DNA of 64,000 nt. It comes from an uncultured cyanobacterium (GTDB lineage: Bacteria > Cyanobacteriota > Cyanobacteriia > Pseudanabaenales > Pseudanabaenaceae). This document shows positions 1 to 10,085 of this stretch, piece by piece. The notes below the pieces were generated by a model. That model was not told where the DNA came from. It worked only from the letters and a program-made list of their open reading frames with translations, and made no database searches. Every line of letters starts with the position of its first letter. Within the stretch, counting starts at the first letter, position 1. The stretch is from positions 3,456,001 to 3,520,000 of the forward strand of contig OY969811.1 of assembly GCA_963703315.1 (NCBI GenBank). Direction: 5' to 3'. The position numbers and the translations under genes are program-made.

Positions 1-255
1 TTTAGCTTGTTCGACTGTATTGATCGTGCGTGGATGACTTAGTTCAGGATGGATCGTAATGGTATGGGCTTGGATCGCAGCGATGGTTAGCTCCATCATT
101 TTGAGGCGATCGCTGAGGCTTGCCTGATGGGTTTTAAAAGGATTATCAGATACCCAAACCAATACGCGATCGTAATGGTTATCTAACCATTGCAAGATCT
201 GTTGATGTCCAATACTAGGCGGATCAGCACTAGTTCCAAAAAGAGCAATATTCAT
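1..255 (-). CDS. nadD: Nicotinate-nucleotide adenylyltransferase (5' part; runs off the window)
   Basis: Manual translation MNIALFGTSADPPSIGHQQIL...WVSDNPFKTH has the HxGH-type nucleotidyltransferase signature; not in the ORF track because it is truncated. Confidence 0.85.
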   Translation of the reverse strand, partial: MNIALFGTSADPPSIGHQQILQWLDNHYDRVLVWVSDNPFKTHQASLSDRLKMMELTIAAIQAHTITIHPELSHPRTINTVEQAK

Positions 256-316
256 TTTTCCTGTAACTACACCATTATCGCGATCGCCTATCTAATCTCT
301 CATAAACAGCGATCAT

Positions 317-445
317 TGTAGCGCCACTGTCTACCAATCCAACTGTTTCAACTATCCGATCGCCTTGCTTTAACATCAGTGGAATTCTTGGAAGGCTATC
401 AAACTCCTTTTGATTTGGGCTAGTGGTGGAATACTTGAAGCGCCT
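317..445 (-). pseudogene. Truncated retropepsin-like aspartyl protease family gene
   Basis: Reads RRFKYSTTSPNQKEFDSLPRIPLMLKQGDRIVETVGLVDSGAT (LVDSGA motif); AGG sits where ATG is expected; the recognisable part ends at a HIP1-like module. Confidence 0.65.
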
Positions 446-451
446 AGGTTA

Positions 452-664
452 TTAATGGTTTGTGTCTGATTGTTTAAGGGCTTCCATTAAGATTGCACCA
501 GCACCAAACATATCGTAGGGTGTCGGCAGGTCATAGGTTTTAAATGGTTCGATTGGTGCAATATCTTCAGCAATATCCAAGTCTTCTACAAGCACCCGAA
601 TTAGTTTGAGCTTTTCAATGGCAGTAAGCCGCCGCGCTGCTGGAATTACTTCGGCTAATGTCAT
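452..664 (-). CDS. Small helical antitoxin-like hypothetical protein
   Basis: 70 aa, GGAG RBS upstream; LT..EKLKLI..L motif like the other small TA partners in this window. Confidence 0.6.
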   Translation of the reverse strand: MTLAEVIPAARRLTAIEKLKLIRVLVEDLDIAEDIAPIEPFKTYDLPTPYDMFGAGAILMEALKQSDTNH

Positions 665-716
665 GTTGTTGTCTCCATAATTTGAAAACTCGTACTTCTA
701 GCTTACTTGATAAACA

Positions 717-755
717 GCGATCGCCCCTCAAAAAAATCAATCAACCAGCGATCGC
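717..755. repeat. HIP1-bounded module alpha
   Basis: GCGATCGC-ccctcaaaaaaatcaatcaacca-GCGATCGC; related copies at 1233-1267 and 1288-1325. Confidence 0.8.
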
Positions 756-772
756 GATTTCAAGTTTTTGAA

Positions 773-961
773 TTATTTTGGTAATGGAACGCTTAAATCT
801 TTGCAAATCTTTTTTGCTAGGTTTTCATCAATTTCAGTATGACGCGGTATGGAGGAGCGACGGTTTTGGCTAGGATTTCCCCACCATGAATGTCTTCCAC
901 CTTCTCTAATTAGCTCACAGCCATGATTACGAAGATGACGCAGTAAGTCAGAACGTTTCAT
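773..961 (-). CDS. hicA: HicA family toxin
   Basis: 62 aa, REGGRHSWW...IPRHTEI typical of HicA. Confidence 0.85.
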   Translation of the reverse strand: MKRSDLLRHLRNHGCELIREGGRHSWWGNPSQNRRSSIPRHTEIDENLAKKICKDLSVPLPK

Positions 962-1170
962 AGTGCTATTAGTTCTTCTTCATAAACATCGCCAGCAGCT
1001 TCTATTGCTTCATAACGATTAAAGTCAAGTGCTTCTTTTAGGGTTACACGAAGGCTTTCTAAAAGTTCTTCTTTTGTAGCTTCTTGACAATTTATGCCTG
1101 ATATTTCTTCAATCCAGCCAATCCACCAGTTGTTAGATTGCTTTATAACTGCGGTAAATGATTCTTTCAT
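958..1170 (-). CDS. hicB: HicB family antitoxin
   Basis: WWIGWIEEISGINCQEATKEELLESL HicB fold; likely start ATG 1170; 4-bp overlap with hicA. Confidence 0.85.
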   Translation of the reverse strand: MKESFTAVIKQSNNWWIGWIEEISGINCQEATKEELLESLRVTLKEALDFNRYEAIEAAGDVYEEELIAL

Positions 1171-1232
1171 TATGGCTAAATCCTCAATGATTTGCATCCA
1201 TCATAACTCATCAGCAATCTCTATACAAGATA

Positions 1233-1325
1233 GCGATCGCCCCTCTAAAAAATCAACCAGCGATCGCCTCTCCATCACCACAAACATCGGATCGCCCCTC
1301 TAGAAATCAATCAAACAGCGATCGC
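1233..1325. repeat. Chain of HIP1-bounded modules
   Basis: HIP1 or HIP1-like at 1233, 1260, 1288 and 1318; the last overlaps the stop codon of the RelE gene. Confidence 0.8.
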
Positions 1326-1585
1326 TATCTATATACATCTCTCCGATGAGCAACTTTCACCACAGTAACCAAAAGTATTCGATCCTGTATTTCGTAAACA
1401 ACGCGATAGTTACTAAAAACGCGAATTCTATACAGATTAACTTCCCCTTTTAACTTCTTGCATCCATCAGGGCGTGGGTTATTCGCTAGTAACTCAATCT
1501 CTGAAATAATTACTTTCCTAGCAGTTTCATCAAGCTTGCGAATCTCTTTCAAAACAGAGGGCTTAAAGCCAATTTCGTATGGCAT
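1325..1585 (-). CDS. RelE/ParE family toxin
   Basis: LANNPRPDGCKKLKGEVNLYRIRV..YRVVYEI...VAHRRDVYR. Confidence 0.9.
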   Translation of the reverse strand: MPYEIGFKPSVLKEIRKLDETARKVIISEIELLANNPRPDGCKKLKGEVNLYRIRVFSNYRVVYEIQDRILLVTVVKVAHRRDVYR

Positions 1586-1846
1586 CTAAATAATTCCCAA
1601 TTCCTTTTTGACATCTGCCAAAGTAATAAATCCATCCTCCTGTAAAGCGATTTTTGCATCCGCAATATCTTCAGCATCTTCCATTTCCTCTAAAACTTGG
1701 TTTAGTATCGTCTTAGAAGAAATGGAGCCTATGGCGGTATTTATCTGACTCTGACGAAACAGGCGAACTAGCCTCAATAATTCTGGAATATACTCTTCGG
1801 GAGTTTGTTCAAGTTCTGATAATAGTTCAAGACGTGGGTTTACCAT
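1586..1846 (-). CDS. Putative antitoxin of the adjacent RelE toxin
   Basis: Abuts the toxin; C-terminus EDAEDIADAKIALQEDGFITLADVKKELG is typical of RelB-like tails; likely start 1846. Confidence 0.7.
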   Translation of the reverse strand: MVNPRLELLSELEQTPEEYIPELLRLVRLFRQSQINTAIGSISSKTILNQVLEEMEDAEDIADAKIALQEDGFITLADVKKELGII

Positions 1847-1929
1847 TAAATTCACCTTGCACAAATTTTGTAAAAATCAAGGTGAGCCATTTATAGACTC
1901 ACCCTAAATATTATACGCAAATCAACTAA

Positions 1930-4530
1930 CTACTTCGCGATCGCAGGCATACCCAAAATGTCCTCAATGCGAGGCATATCCTCCAATGAAATCACCCGAC
2001 CTTGATCTTCAAAATTGGAGATTTGATCAAAATTGAGATAGCGGTAGAGGTCACTGGCAAAGGGATCGATCTTCTTAGTGACGATCGCTTGATATTCTTC
2101 CACGGTTGGAATCTTACCTAGCAAGGCACAGACCGCCGCGAGTTCGGCGGAACCGAGATAGACTTGAGCATCCTTGCCCATGCGATTATTGAAGTTGCGG
2201 GTGGAAGTGGAGAAGACGGTTGCGCCATCGGCAACACGAGCTTGATTACCCATGCAGAGAGAGCAGCCAGGGACTTCCGTTCTGGCTCCAGCGACACCGA
2301 AGGTGCTGTAGATTCCTTCTTCTTTGAGTTGGAACTCGTCCATGCGGGTAGGTGGTGCGACCCAGAGACGGGCTTTCACGGCGGCTTCCTTTTCGAGAAC
2401 CTTAGCGGCGGCGCGGTAATGTCCGATATTGGTCATGCAGGAACCGATAAAGACCTCATCCACGCGATCGCCTGCTACTTCGGAGAGCAACTTCACATTA
2501 TCAGGATCGTTAGGTGCAGCGACAATTGGCTCCTTGATTTCATTGAGATCGATCTCGATGATTTCTGCATATTCGGCATCAGGATCGGCTTCCATTAATA
2601 CAGGATTAGCGAGCCATTCTTCCATTTTAGCGATACGGCGCAAGAGCGTCTTGGCATCGCTGTAGCCACGAGCGATCATGTTCTTCATGAGCGCGACATT
2701 CGATCGCAAGTACTCGGCAACGGTTTCTGTACTGAGCTTAATCGTGCTGCCAGAGCAGGAACGTTCGGCAGTGGCATCAGTGAGTTCAAAGGCTTGTTCC
2801 ACTTTCAGATTGGGTAAACCTTCGATTTCCATAATCCGACCTGCGAAGACATTCTTTTTGTTCTTTTTCTCAACGGTGAGCAAGCCTCGTTGAATGGCAA
2901 TATAAGGAATGGCATTGACGACATCGCGGAGGGTGACACCAGCTTGCAACTCGCCTGTGAAGCGCACTAGAACGGACTCAGGCATATCGAGGGGCATGAT
3001 GCCAAGGGCGGCGGCGAAGGCGACTAGTCCTGAACCTGCGGGGAAAGAAATGCCCAAGGGGAAACGGGTATGGGAATCGCCACCAGTACCGACGGTATCG
3101 GGCATGAGCATTCTATTTAACCAAGAATGGATAATACCATCGTTGGGACGTAGGGCAACGCCGCCACGATTGGAGAAGAAGTCGGGAAGTTCCTTATGGG
3201 TTTTGATGTCGGTGGGTTTGGGATAGGCGGCAGTATGGCAGAAGCTCTGCATCACCAAGTCAGCGCTAAATCCTAAGCAAGCGAGTTCCTGCAATTCATC
3301 GCGGGTCATTGGTCCCGTTGTATCTTGGGAACCAACGGTTGTCATTAAGGGTTCGCAGGAAGTGTAGGGACGCACACCAGCAACGCCGCAAGCTTTGCCC
3401 ACCATCTTTTGGGCGAGGGTGTAGCCTTTGCCTGTGTCGGCAGGAGTGGCGGGAAGGATGAACACATCGCTAGCGGGAAGTCCTAAAGCTTGACGGGTTC
3501 TGGCGGTGAGGCTGCGACCAATCAAGAGAGGAATGCGACCACCTGCGCGAACTTCATCGGCGATCGTGTCAGGGGTGAGGCTGAAGGTGGAGAGAGTTTC
3601 ACCTGCGGCGTTCGTGATTTTACCTTCGCGAGTATGAATCGTAATCACATCGCCTGTTTCCAATTTGGTGACATCGCACTGAATTGGTAAGGCTCCCGCA
3701 TCTTCAGCAGTGTTAAAGAAGATCGGTGCGATCGTGCTTCCCAAAATTACACCGCCCGATCGCTTGTTGGGAATAAAGGGAATATCGTTGCCAATGTGCC
3801 ACAGCACCGAGTTAATCGCCGATTTGCGCGAAGAACCTGTTCCCACCACATCACCGACAAAGGCGACGGGATGCCCTTTTTGCTTGAGTTCGGCAATGGT
3901 TTGCAGACCCGTTGGCATCATTGATTCCAACATACAGAGCGCGTGGAGGGGAATGTCAGGACGCGAGAATGCCTGAGAAGCAGGAGAGAAGTCATCGGTA
4001 TTGATTTCTCCTGTGACTTTAAATACGGTCACGGTCACAGTTTCAGGTAAGGCAGGACGGCTAGTAAACCATTCCGCCGCCGCCCATGAATCGATGACCG
4101 CTTTAGCTCTGGCGTTAGTTTTCGATAATTCTAAAACTTGATTAAAAGCATCAAATACTAGCAGCGTCTTCTTGAGAGCCGTCGCCGCCAAGTCACCTAA
4201 ATCATCATTAGTTAACAAATCGATCAGGGTCTGCACGTTATAGCCACCGACCATCGTGCCGAGCAATTCCACCGCATAGGCTGGACTAACTAGGGAGGAT
4301 GTGAGTTCACCCTTAGCGATCGCCGTTAGCCATCCTGCTTTCACATAAGCAGCTTGATCGACCCCAGGGGGAATGCGATCGCGTAGTAAGGCTAGTAAAA
4401 ACTCCTCTTCGCCTGTGGGGGGATTTTGCAATAGCTCACAAAGGGCTGAGGCTTGTTGAGCATTGAGGGGTAGAGGGGGGATTCCTTGGGCTGCGCGTTC
4501 GGCAACATGATCACGGTAGGCTGATAACAT
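1930..4530 (-). CDS. acnB: Aconitate hydratase B
   Basis: 866 aa; [28 protein letters not shown] and GCSLCMGNQ motifs. Confidence 0.97.
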   Translation of the reverse strand: MLSAYRDHVAERAAQGIPPLPLNAQQASALCELLQNPPTGEEEFLLALLRDRIPPGVDQAAYVKAGWLTAIAKGELTSSLVSPAYAVELLGTMVGGYNVQTLIDLLTNDDLGDLAATALKKTLLVFDAFNQVLELSKTNARAKAVIDSWAAAEWFTSRPALPETVTVTVFKVTGEINTDDFSPASQAFSRPDIPLHALCMLESMMPTGLQTIAELKQKGHPVAFVGDVVGTGSSRKSAINSVLWHIGNDIPFIPNKRSGGVILGSTIAPIFFNTAEDAGALPIQCDVTKLETGDVITIHTREGKITNAAGETLSTFSLTPDTIADEVRAGGRIPLLIGRSLTARTRQALGLPASDVFILPATPADTGKGYTLAQKMVGKACGVAGVRPYTSCEPLMTTVGSQDTTGPMTRDELQELACLGFSADLVMQSFCHTAAYPKPTDIKTHKELPDFFSNRGGVALRPNDGIIHSWLNRMLMPDTVGTGGDSHTRFPLGISFPAGSGLVAFAAALGIMPLDMPESVLVRFTGELQAGVTLRDVVNAIPYIAIQRGLLTVEKKNKKNVFAGRIMEIEGLPNLKVEQAFELTDATAERSCSGSTIKLSTETVAEYLRSNVALMKNMIARGYSDAKTLLRRIAKMEEWLANPVLMEADPDAEYAEIIEIDLNEIKEPIVAAPNDPDNVKLLSEVAGDRVDEVFIGSCMTNIGHYRAAAKVLEKEAAVKARLWVAPPTRMDEFQLKEEGIYSTFGVAGARTEVPGCSLCMGNQARVADGATVFSTSTRNFNNRMGKDAQVYLGSAELAAVCALLGKIPTVEEYQAIVTKKIDPFASDLYRYLNFDQISNFEDQGRVISLEDMPRIEDILGMPAIAK

Positions 4531-4679
4531 ACTTCGTTATTTCTGATTCTTTGACAAGTTTGTACAAGTGTGAGTGTGCTAAGCACGCTCACACTTGTTT
4601 AAATATTATCGATCCTAATCAACTTTGGTGCGTAAATTCTGTTTGCTACGATGCGATCACCGAAATTGACAATTCGTGA

Positions 4680-6287
4680 TTATAAATTTTCCTGAAAAGT
4701 GAAATGAAAACTTGTACCTACAGAACAGGATAAATCTAAATTAGCTCTCAATTGTTGCGCCAAAATTTTCACTAATCGGAGTCCGAGCGAATTAGTTCCA
4801 CTAAAGTCAACATTTTCAGGAAGACCAATTCCATTATCTCGAATAATCAAATGTAAATTGCGATCATCGGTAGACTCGTATAAAATCACCTCAATTAATC
4901 CTGTCATCTTGTTTGGAAATGCATATTTAAAAGCATTAGTTAATAGCTCATTCACGATTAGCCCCATGGAAATTGCCATGTCGATATTTAGTAAAGTGGA
5001 ACTAATATCTAGCTTTAATTCAATTTGAGTGATATTAAAACTTGTAGAACTATAGAGATTACTAACCAAACGCTGTAAATATTCACAAAAATCAACTTTA
5101 TCCACATCATGAGATTGATATAACTGCTCATGAATCAGTGACATTGTGTGAATCCGACGTTGGCTGTCTGAGAGTGATTTGAGGGCTTCTACATCATTGA
5201 CATACCGAGCTTGCATTGATAGTAAACTATCAATCACACTCAGATTGTTCTTAACACGATGATGGACTTCTCTTAACAGAACTTCCTTTTCTACAAGGGA
5301 TGCTTGTAGCCTTGTTTCTACTTCCTTTAACTCAGTAATATCTGAAGCAGAACCAATTATTTGCTTAACCGTGCCATCAGAATTGCGTAGAAATACAGTC
5401 TCTTGGCTATAAAACCATTTCCACTTACCATGAACATCTTTCATCCGATATTCAATAAGAAACAAATCTTCCAGTTTTTGATTACGGATATGATGATGAT
5501 GTTCTGCTATTTTTACCAAATCATCAGGATGCATAATAATTGCAAGCATTGACGCACCCATTGCATGAACCTCTAAGGAAGAATAACCAAGAATATGGTT
5601 AATTGTCTGGTTGCAATAAATATTACGTTTTTCTTCAAGATCGTAAATATAGAGAATATTGGGAATTGTATCGGCAATCCTTTGGATAAATTGCTGACTT
5701 TCTTTGAGTGCTTGTTCAGCTTGTTTGCGTGTCAGGGCGATCGCGATATAAGTAACGACTGTCTGCATTAATTGAACTTCTTCTTCTGTAAACTGTCGCG
5801 GCGTATCGAAATACGCGACAATATCACCTAAATGTCGATGTTCGTACTCTAATGGGAAGACAGCGATCGCACCAATACTTTCAGATTGACAGATACTCTG
5901 CAAGGTAGAATCGCTAGGTAGGATCGCGCAATAAGGGAAAGACCGAAATCTTGCTTCTACTTGATGGGATGGATCTTCAAAAAAAGTCTCGATAGATCGC
6001 TTATATCCTTGACTAATACCAATCGATGCTCGGTATTTTAGACTGTGATAAGCATTCGTAGTGATTACGGCTGCTCGTGAAGTTCGTAAAGCAGGACAGA
6101 TTCCATTTAAAGCAATTTGATAGATTTCATTAATTGTTTGCGCGGCATTCAAAGCCGATACAAAATCGTACATTAACTTTAAACGATGCAGTTGCAAATT
6201 TAAGCGATCTTCAGCCATTTGCTGATCGGCGATCGTTTGCACTAATTGAAGATTGACCTCTCTAAGTTCAGGATGTAGTTTAGGCAT
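4680..6287 (-). CDS. GAF/PAS sensor histidine kinase (HisKA_2 type)
   Basis: EVHHRVKNNL H-box, NELLTNAFKYAF N-box, DNGIG; likely start ATG 6287 overlapping the tldD stop. Confidence 0.9.
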   Translation of the reverse strand: MPKLHPELREVNLQLVQTIADQQMAEDRLNLQLHRLKLMYDFVSALNAAQTINEIYQIALNGICPALRTSRAAVITTNAYHSLKYRASIGISQGYKRSIETFFEDPSHQVEARFRSFPYCAILPSDSTLQSICQSESIGAIAVFPLEYEHRHLGDIVAYFDTPRQFTEEEVQLMQTVVTYIAIALTRKQAEQALKESQQFIQRIADTIPNILYIYDLEEKRNIYCNQTINHILGYSSLEVHAMGASMLAIIMHPDDLVKIAEHHHHIRNQKLEDLFLIEYRMKDVHGKWKWFYSQETVFLRNSDGTVKQIIGSASDITELKEVETRLQASLVEKEVLLREVHHRVKNNLSVIDSLLSMQARYVNDVEALKSLSDSQRRIHTMSLIHEQLYQSHDVDKVDFCEYLQRLVSNLYSSTSFNITQIELKLDISSTLLNIDMAISMGLIVNELLTNAFKYAFPNKMTGLIEVILYESTDDRNLHLIIRDNGIGLPENVDFSGTNSLGLRLVKILAQQLRANLDLSCSVGTSFHFTFQENL

Positions 6288-7668
6288 GGGACTCACCTCC
6301 AACGATCGCATTCTTAATTCTCAAACTAGGAGAACCGCAACCAACGGCTAATCCACTTTGTCCACCTTTGCCACAGCCGCCCGACTCATCCCATAAGAAG
6401 TCATTACCGATCGCCTCAATATCTGCAAGAGTTTCAAACACATTTCCTGACAGGGTTACATCTTTGACAGGCTCAGCGATTTGACCATTGCGAATCATCC
6501 AAGCTTCACCTGCGGTAAACGTGAACATCTCGCCATTAGTCATGCCACCTTGCCAGTTTTTGGCATAGACACCCACAGGAATATCGTTAAACAACTCAGC
6601 CACAGGCGTTTTACCACGCTCAATCCAAGTATTAGTCATGCGAACAATCGGTGGGTAATGGTAATCGAGACATCGGGCGTTGCCAGTTACTTGTTCACCC
6701 AATTTCCCTGCGGTCTCACGGGAATGGAGTCTGCCAACTAATACGCCATCTTGAATTAATTGAGTTGTGGTCGCGGGGACACCTTCATCGTCATAGAGAT
6801 AACTGCCGCGATGTTCAGGGGGGGCAGCACCATCAAAAATCTGTAAGTCGGCGGAACCAAATTTGCGACCGATACTCATGGTTTCGAGCATATCGGGATT
6901 TTCGTACAGCATATCGGCTTCGGAAAGATGTCCAAAAGCTTCATGGACAAATAATCCTGCCAAAATCGGATCGAGCACCACCGTATAGGCATTGCCCTGA
7001 ACCACTGGTAAATCAAGCGCCGTTACTGCTCGTTGGGCTGCACCAATTACCTGCGCGTCCAAATTAACTAAATCTGTATAGGAACGCCTTGAGCCAAAGG
7101 TTTCTCGACCAGTCTGGACAGTATCACCATTCCTCGCGGTTGCCGAGCAGCGCATTTCCCAATCCGCCCATTCTTGTTCAATGATCGTTCCTTCGGAAGT
7201 GGCAAATAAAACCTGCTGGGTACAGTCACCATAGCGCACAGCAGTACTAACTACGCGGTCAGATACCGATCGCAAAATTTCCCCATAATGAGCGCATAAA
7301 TTCTTTTTATCAATTAGTGCAATCTGTTGCGGACTTTCTTGAATGAGGGATACTTTTGCTTGAATGGGTTCGACTGCTGCTAGCACAGTTTCCTCATTGC
7401 CAACCCATTTAGCAGCAGCGATCGCCTCTTGTAATTTAATTTCTAAACTATTCAGATCATTAAAACTTGCAAATCCCCACCCGCCGCGATGACAAGCTCT
7501 CACCTGCCCACCAATTGAAATGCCCGTACTCAGAGTTTCGATTTTGCCACTGCGTAAAAATATATCTGCCCCCTGCGATCGCTCTAATCGAATTGCCAAA
7601 AAATCTACATGGGGCTTGTATTGCTGCACTAAACTCGAAATCTGATCTTTAACTTGCCATATATCCAT
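6280..7668 (-). CDS. tldD: TldD/PmbA family metalloprotease
   Basis: HEAFGHLSE zinc motif, RMTNT, CGKGGQ. Confidence 0.9.
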   Translation of the reverse strand: MDIWQVKDQISSLVQQYKPHVDFLAIRLERSQGADIFLRSGKIETLSTGISIGGQVRACHRGGWGFASFNDLNSLEIKLQEAIAAAKWVGNEETVLAAVEPIQAKVSLIQESPQQIALIDKKNLCAHYGEILRSVSDRVVSTAVRYGDCTQQVLFATSEGTIIEQEWADWEMRCSATARNGDTVQTGRETFGSRRSYTDLVNLDAQVIGAAQRAVTALDLPVVQGNAYTVVLDPILAGLFVHEAFGHLSEADMLYENPDMLETMSIGRKFGSADLQIFDGAAPPEHRGSYLYDDEGVPATTTQLIQDGVLVGRLHSRETAGKLGEQVTGNARCLDYHYPPIVRMTNTWIERGKTPVAELFNDIPVGVYAKNWQGGMTNGEMFTFTAGEAWMIRNGQIAEPVKDVTLSGNVFETLADIEAIGNDFLWDESGGCGKGGQSGLAVGCGSPSLRIKNAIVGGESHA

Positions 7669-7763
7669 GTGTAAAGCTCACCAAAAAGATCTATATGCGT
7701 CTCAGAGCTAATTATTACACAAAAAAATCGCCTTTATATCTAAAATATGTATTCAAATTAATA

Positions 7764-7793
7764 TTGACAACTGAATATTTAAAGTGTGATGAT
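7764..7793 (+). promoter_or_regulatory. Sigma70-type promoter upstream of the AbiF-like locus
   Basis: TTGACA 7764-7769, 18 nt spacer, TG at 7785-7786, GATGAT 7788-7793. Confidence 0.55.
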
Positions 7794-7796
7794 GTG

Positions 7797-7860
7797 TCTA
7801 ACAAAACCCGCCAAGGCTATGCGAAAGTACCCTGAAACTGTGCGGGTTCCTTAGTTTTTA
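7797..7860 (+). ncRNA. Candidate AbiF-associated structured RNA (RNA antitoxin)
   Basis: GC-rich stretch in AT-rich DNA: AACCCGC 7805-7811 pairs with GCGGGTT 7842-7848; inner TGC-GAAA-GTA tetraloop; U-rich tail; directly upstream of an Abi_2 gene. Confidence 0.55.
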
Positions 7861-7868
7861 AGATATTA

Positions 7869-8765
7869 ATGTCACGCGATTTCGCCAAACCTGCTAAAAC
7901 TTTTGAAGAGCAGGTGCAATTACTTCAGTCACGGGGAATGATAGTTGACGATTTACAAGAAGCGAGATTTTATCTTCAGCATCTTAACTACTACAGACTT
8001 GGTGCATATTGGCTTGATTTTGAATTAGACCATGCTACACATCAGTTTAAGCCTGATACAAATTTTAAAGATGTGCTTAAACTTTATATTTTTGACCGAG
8101 AGCTTCGGTTGTTAGTTTTGGATGGTATTGAACGAATAGAAGTATCTGTGAGGAGTCAATGGGCTTATTATTTGGCGCATCGCCATAGTCCTCATGCTCA
8201 TCTCGATTCTACTCTGTTCGATCCTAAATATTGGAGAATGAACCTAAATGATTTAACGAAGGAAGTAAATCGTTCAAAAGAGATTTTTATTCAACATCTA
8301 ACAAACAATTACAATGAGGCACTTCCACCAGTTTGGGCAATATGTGAGGTTATGTCTTTGGGCTTGCTTTCTCGATGGTATGACAGCCTTAAACCTGTTC
8401 AAACTCGTCGGGTGATTTCGCGTGTTTATGGAATAAATGAAGATGTTTTGGAGTCTTGGCTTCGTCACCTTTCAGCAGTGCGAAATCTTTGCGCTCATCA
8501 TTCGCGATTATGGAATCGTCAATTTGGGATTACGATAAAAAGCCCTCCCCGCAAGGGTAATGTGATCGCTGGTCAGTTAGTCAAAGGATCTCGCAACCTG
8601 TATAACACTTTGGTGATTCTGTTGTACTTTATGGATACGATCGCCCCAAACCATCATTTGCGATCGCGTCTTCTCAAGTTACTTTCTGAGCAGCCAGAGA
8701 GATTAGTTGCTATGGGTTTTCCTGTTAATTGGCAGCAGATGGGTATTTGGCAAGATATCGTATAG
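7869..8765 (+). CDS. Abi_2 (AbiD/AbiF) family HEPN protein
   Basis: [43 protein letters not shown] and HEPN motif [13 protein letters not shown]. Confidence 0.9.
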   Translation: MSRDFAKPAKTFEEQVQLLQSRGMIVDDLQEARFYLQHLNYYRLGAYWLDFELDHATHQFKPDTNFKDVLKLYIFDRELRLLVLDGIERIEVSVRSQWAYYLAHRHSPHAHLDSTLFDPKYWRMNLNDLTKEVNRSKEIFIQHLTNNYNEALPPVWAICEVMSLGLLSRWYDSLKPVQTRRVISRVYGINEDVLESWLRHLSAVRNLCAHHSRLWNRQFGITIKSPPRKGNVIAGQLVKGSRNLYNTLVILLYFMDTIAPNHHLRSRLLKLLSEQPERLVAMGFPVNWQQMGIWQDIV

Positions 8766-8802
8766 CGCACCTTCAATCTCTGTGAAAATAAATAGCGATC
8801 GC
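8764..8802. repeat. HIP1-bounded module beta (copies at 9480-9521 and 10649-10690)
   Basis: Shared core TT(C/T)AA(T/G)CTCTGTG(A/C)A(A/G)(A/G)TAAA followed by GCGATCGC. Confidence 0.8.
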
Positions 8803-8845
8803 AAGCCAGTAAAATAAATAGCATCGTTATTTTAGGTTTGTAGTT

Positions 8846-9097
8846 ATGACCTTCACCGAGTTATTGCCGAAGCTTCAAAAACTAAACCCTTCCGATAAAC
8901 TTAGGGCTATTCAGTTTTTAGCGACTGAATTATCAAAAATAGAAAATTTTGCCATTGATGATACTGAATCTCAATCTTGGTTAGAAGCTGATTTGACTAA
9001 TGATTTGCCTGAGTATGACTGGGGAGAAGAGGGAATACCAAGTATGAAGCCTGTGGAATATGTTTCTGGTATTGGTTTAGTGGTAAAGGCAGGATAG
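8846..9097 (+). CDS. Small antitoxin-like protein upstream of the MazF-like toxin
   Basis: 83 aa, operonic with a PemK toxin; LNPSDKLRAIQFL motif. Confidence 0.6.
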   Translation: MTFTELLPKLQKLNPSDKLRAIQFLATELSKIENFAIDDTESQSWLEADLTNDLPEYDWGEEGIPSMKPVEYVSGIGLVVKAG

Positions 9098-9102
9098 AGA
9101 TT

Positions 9103-9468
9103 TTGAATAATCAGCTTCTCAAATGTGGTGATGTTGTTTTTGTTAACCTGCCGTCTCATAACCCTAAAGGACATGAACAGGAAGGGAGAAGACCTGCTGT
9201 AATTGTTGGTGTACCTTTGGGAGATGTGCGTTATCCTGTTGCGGTTGTGGTTCCCTTAACTACTCAATTTGGTGGCTGGGTCAATAGAAATTCTGCACTA
9301 TATCCAATTATTCAAGCTGGAACTGCGGGATTACCTCAGAAATCAGTTGCTTTGTGCGATCAAATAAGGGCGGTGGATATCCAGAGAGTAATTGGATATT
9401 TGGGTAGCCTAAGTTTTGAGCAATATTTGCCGATTATTGATGGAGTAAGACGGGTTTTGGATTTGTAA
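9103..9468 (+). CDS. PemK/MazF family toxin
   Basis: GDVVFVNLP...GHEQEGRRPAVIV...VVPLTT...CDQIRAVD; TTG start. Confidence 0.9.
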   Translation: MNNQLLKCGDVVFVNLPSHNPKGHEQEGRRPAVIVGVPLGDVRYPVAVVVPLTTQFGGWVNRNSALYPIIQAGTAGLPQKSVALCDQIRAVDIQRVIGYLGSLSFEQYLPIIDGVRRVLDL

Positions 9469-9530
9469 TAATTTATAAGGCGATCGCCTCTTTAAGCTCT
9501 GTGCAGGTAAAGTGCGATCGCCTAAGTTTT

Positions 9531-10085
9531 TTAGTTAAACCTACCCACAAAATTTGGCACAGAGGTTTTTAAAACATTGAGCAAGTCTGTAACCGACATG
9601 GGTGGCTTTTTTAAATCACTTGCCTGAGTCTGGAGAACTTGCCTGATCTCTTGAGGGAATAAATCATGTAGATAGGTTAAAAATTGATCGGCGCTTTGGG
9701 CTTCAACTTGATATTGGCTCAGAACTACTGCGGGAAAGTGCTTCAGATTTTCGGTGACAATTACATGAGCTTTGGCAATCAAAGCCGCCGCTAAAACATG
9801 GCGATCGCCTTCATGGTTATCCATACAAGGAATTAAGCGATCGGTCACATTGAGCATCGCATCAGGGAAAGCCCGATTAATTTGCACTTCTAGCCGATTC
9901 ACTTGCTGGCTCTGCATTTTCTGATTTGCTACTAAATTTCGTAGCGCCCCGTCTAAGATTTCTTGTGACCAATGCACTTGATACAGTCCAGCCTCAGCAG
10001 CACGAAGCAAAGTATCTCTCAAATACATTGGATAAAGCACACAGGAGTCAAGCACAACGGGAAATCGAGAGGATTGCAAACTCAT
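9531..10085 (-). CDS. PIN domain protein
   Basis: VVLDSCVL, DRHVLAAA, IVTENLKHF. Confidence 0.85.
   Translation of the reverse strand: MSLQSSRFPVVLDSCVLYPMYLRDTLLRAAEAGLYQVHWSQEILDGALRNLVANQKMQSQQVNRLEVQINRAFPDAMLNVTDRLIPCMDNHEGDRHVLAAALIAKAHVIVTENLKHFPAVVLSQYQVEAQSADQFLTYLHDLFPQEIRQVLQTQASDLKKPPMSVTDLLNVLKTSVPNFVGRFN

Noticed and set aside
1094..1303. 69-aa plus-strand ORF
   Set aside because: Antisense to hicB and runs through HIP1 modules.
2164..3976. Plus-strand ORFs inside acnB (and similar ones inside other long genes)
   Set aside because: Antisense shadows of well-supported genes, with no recognisable motifs.
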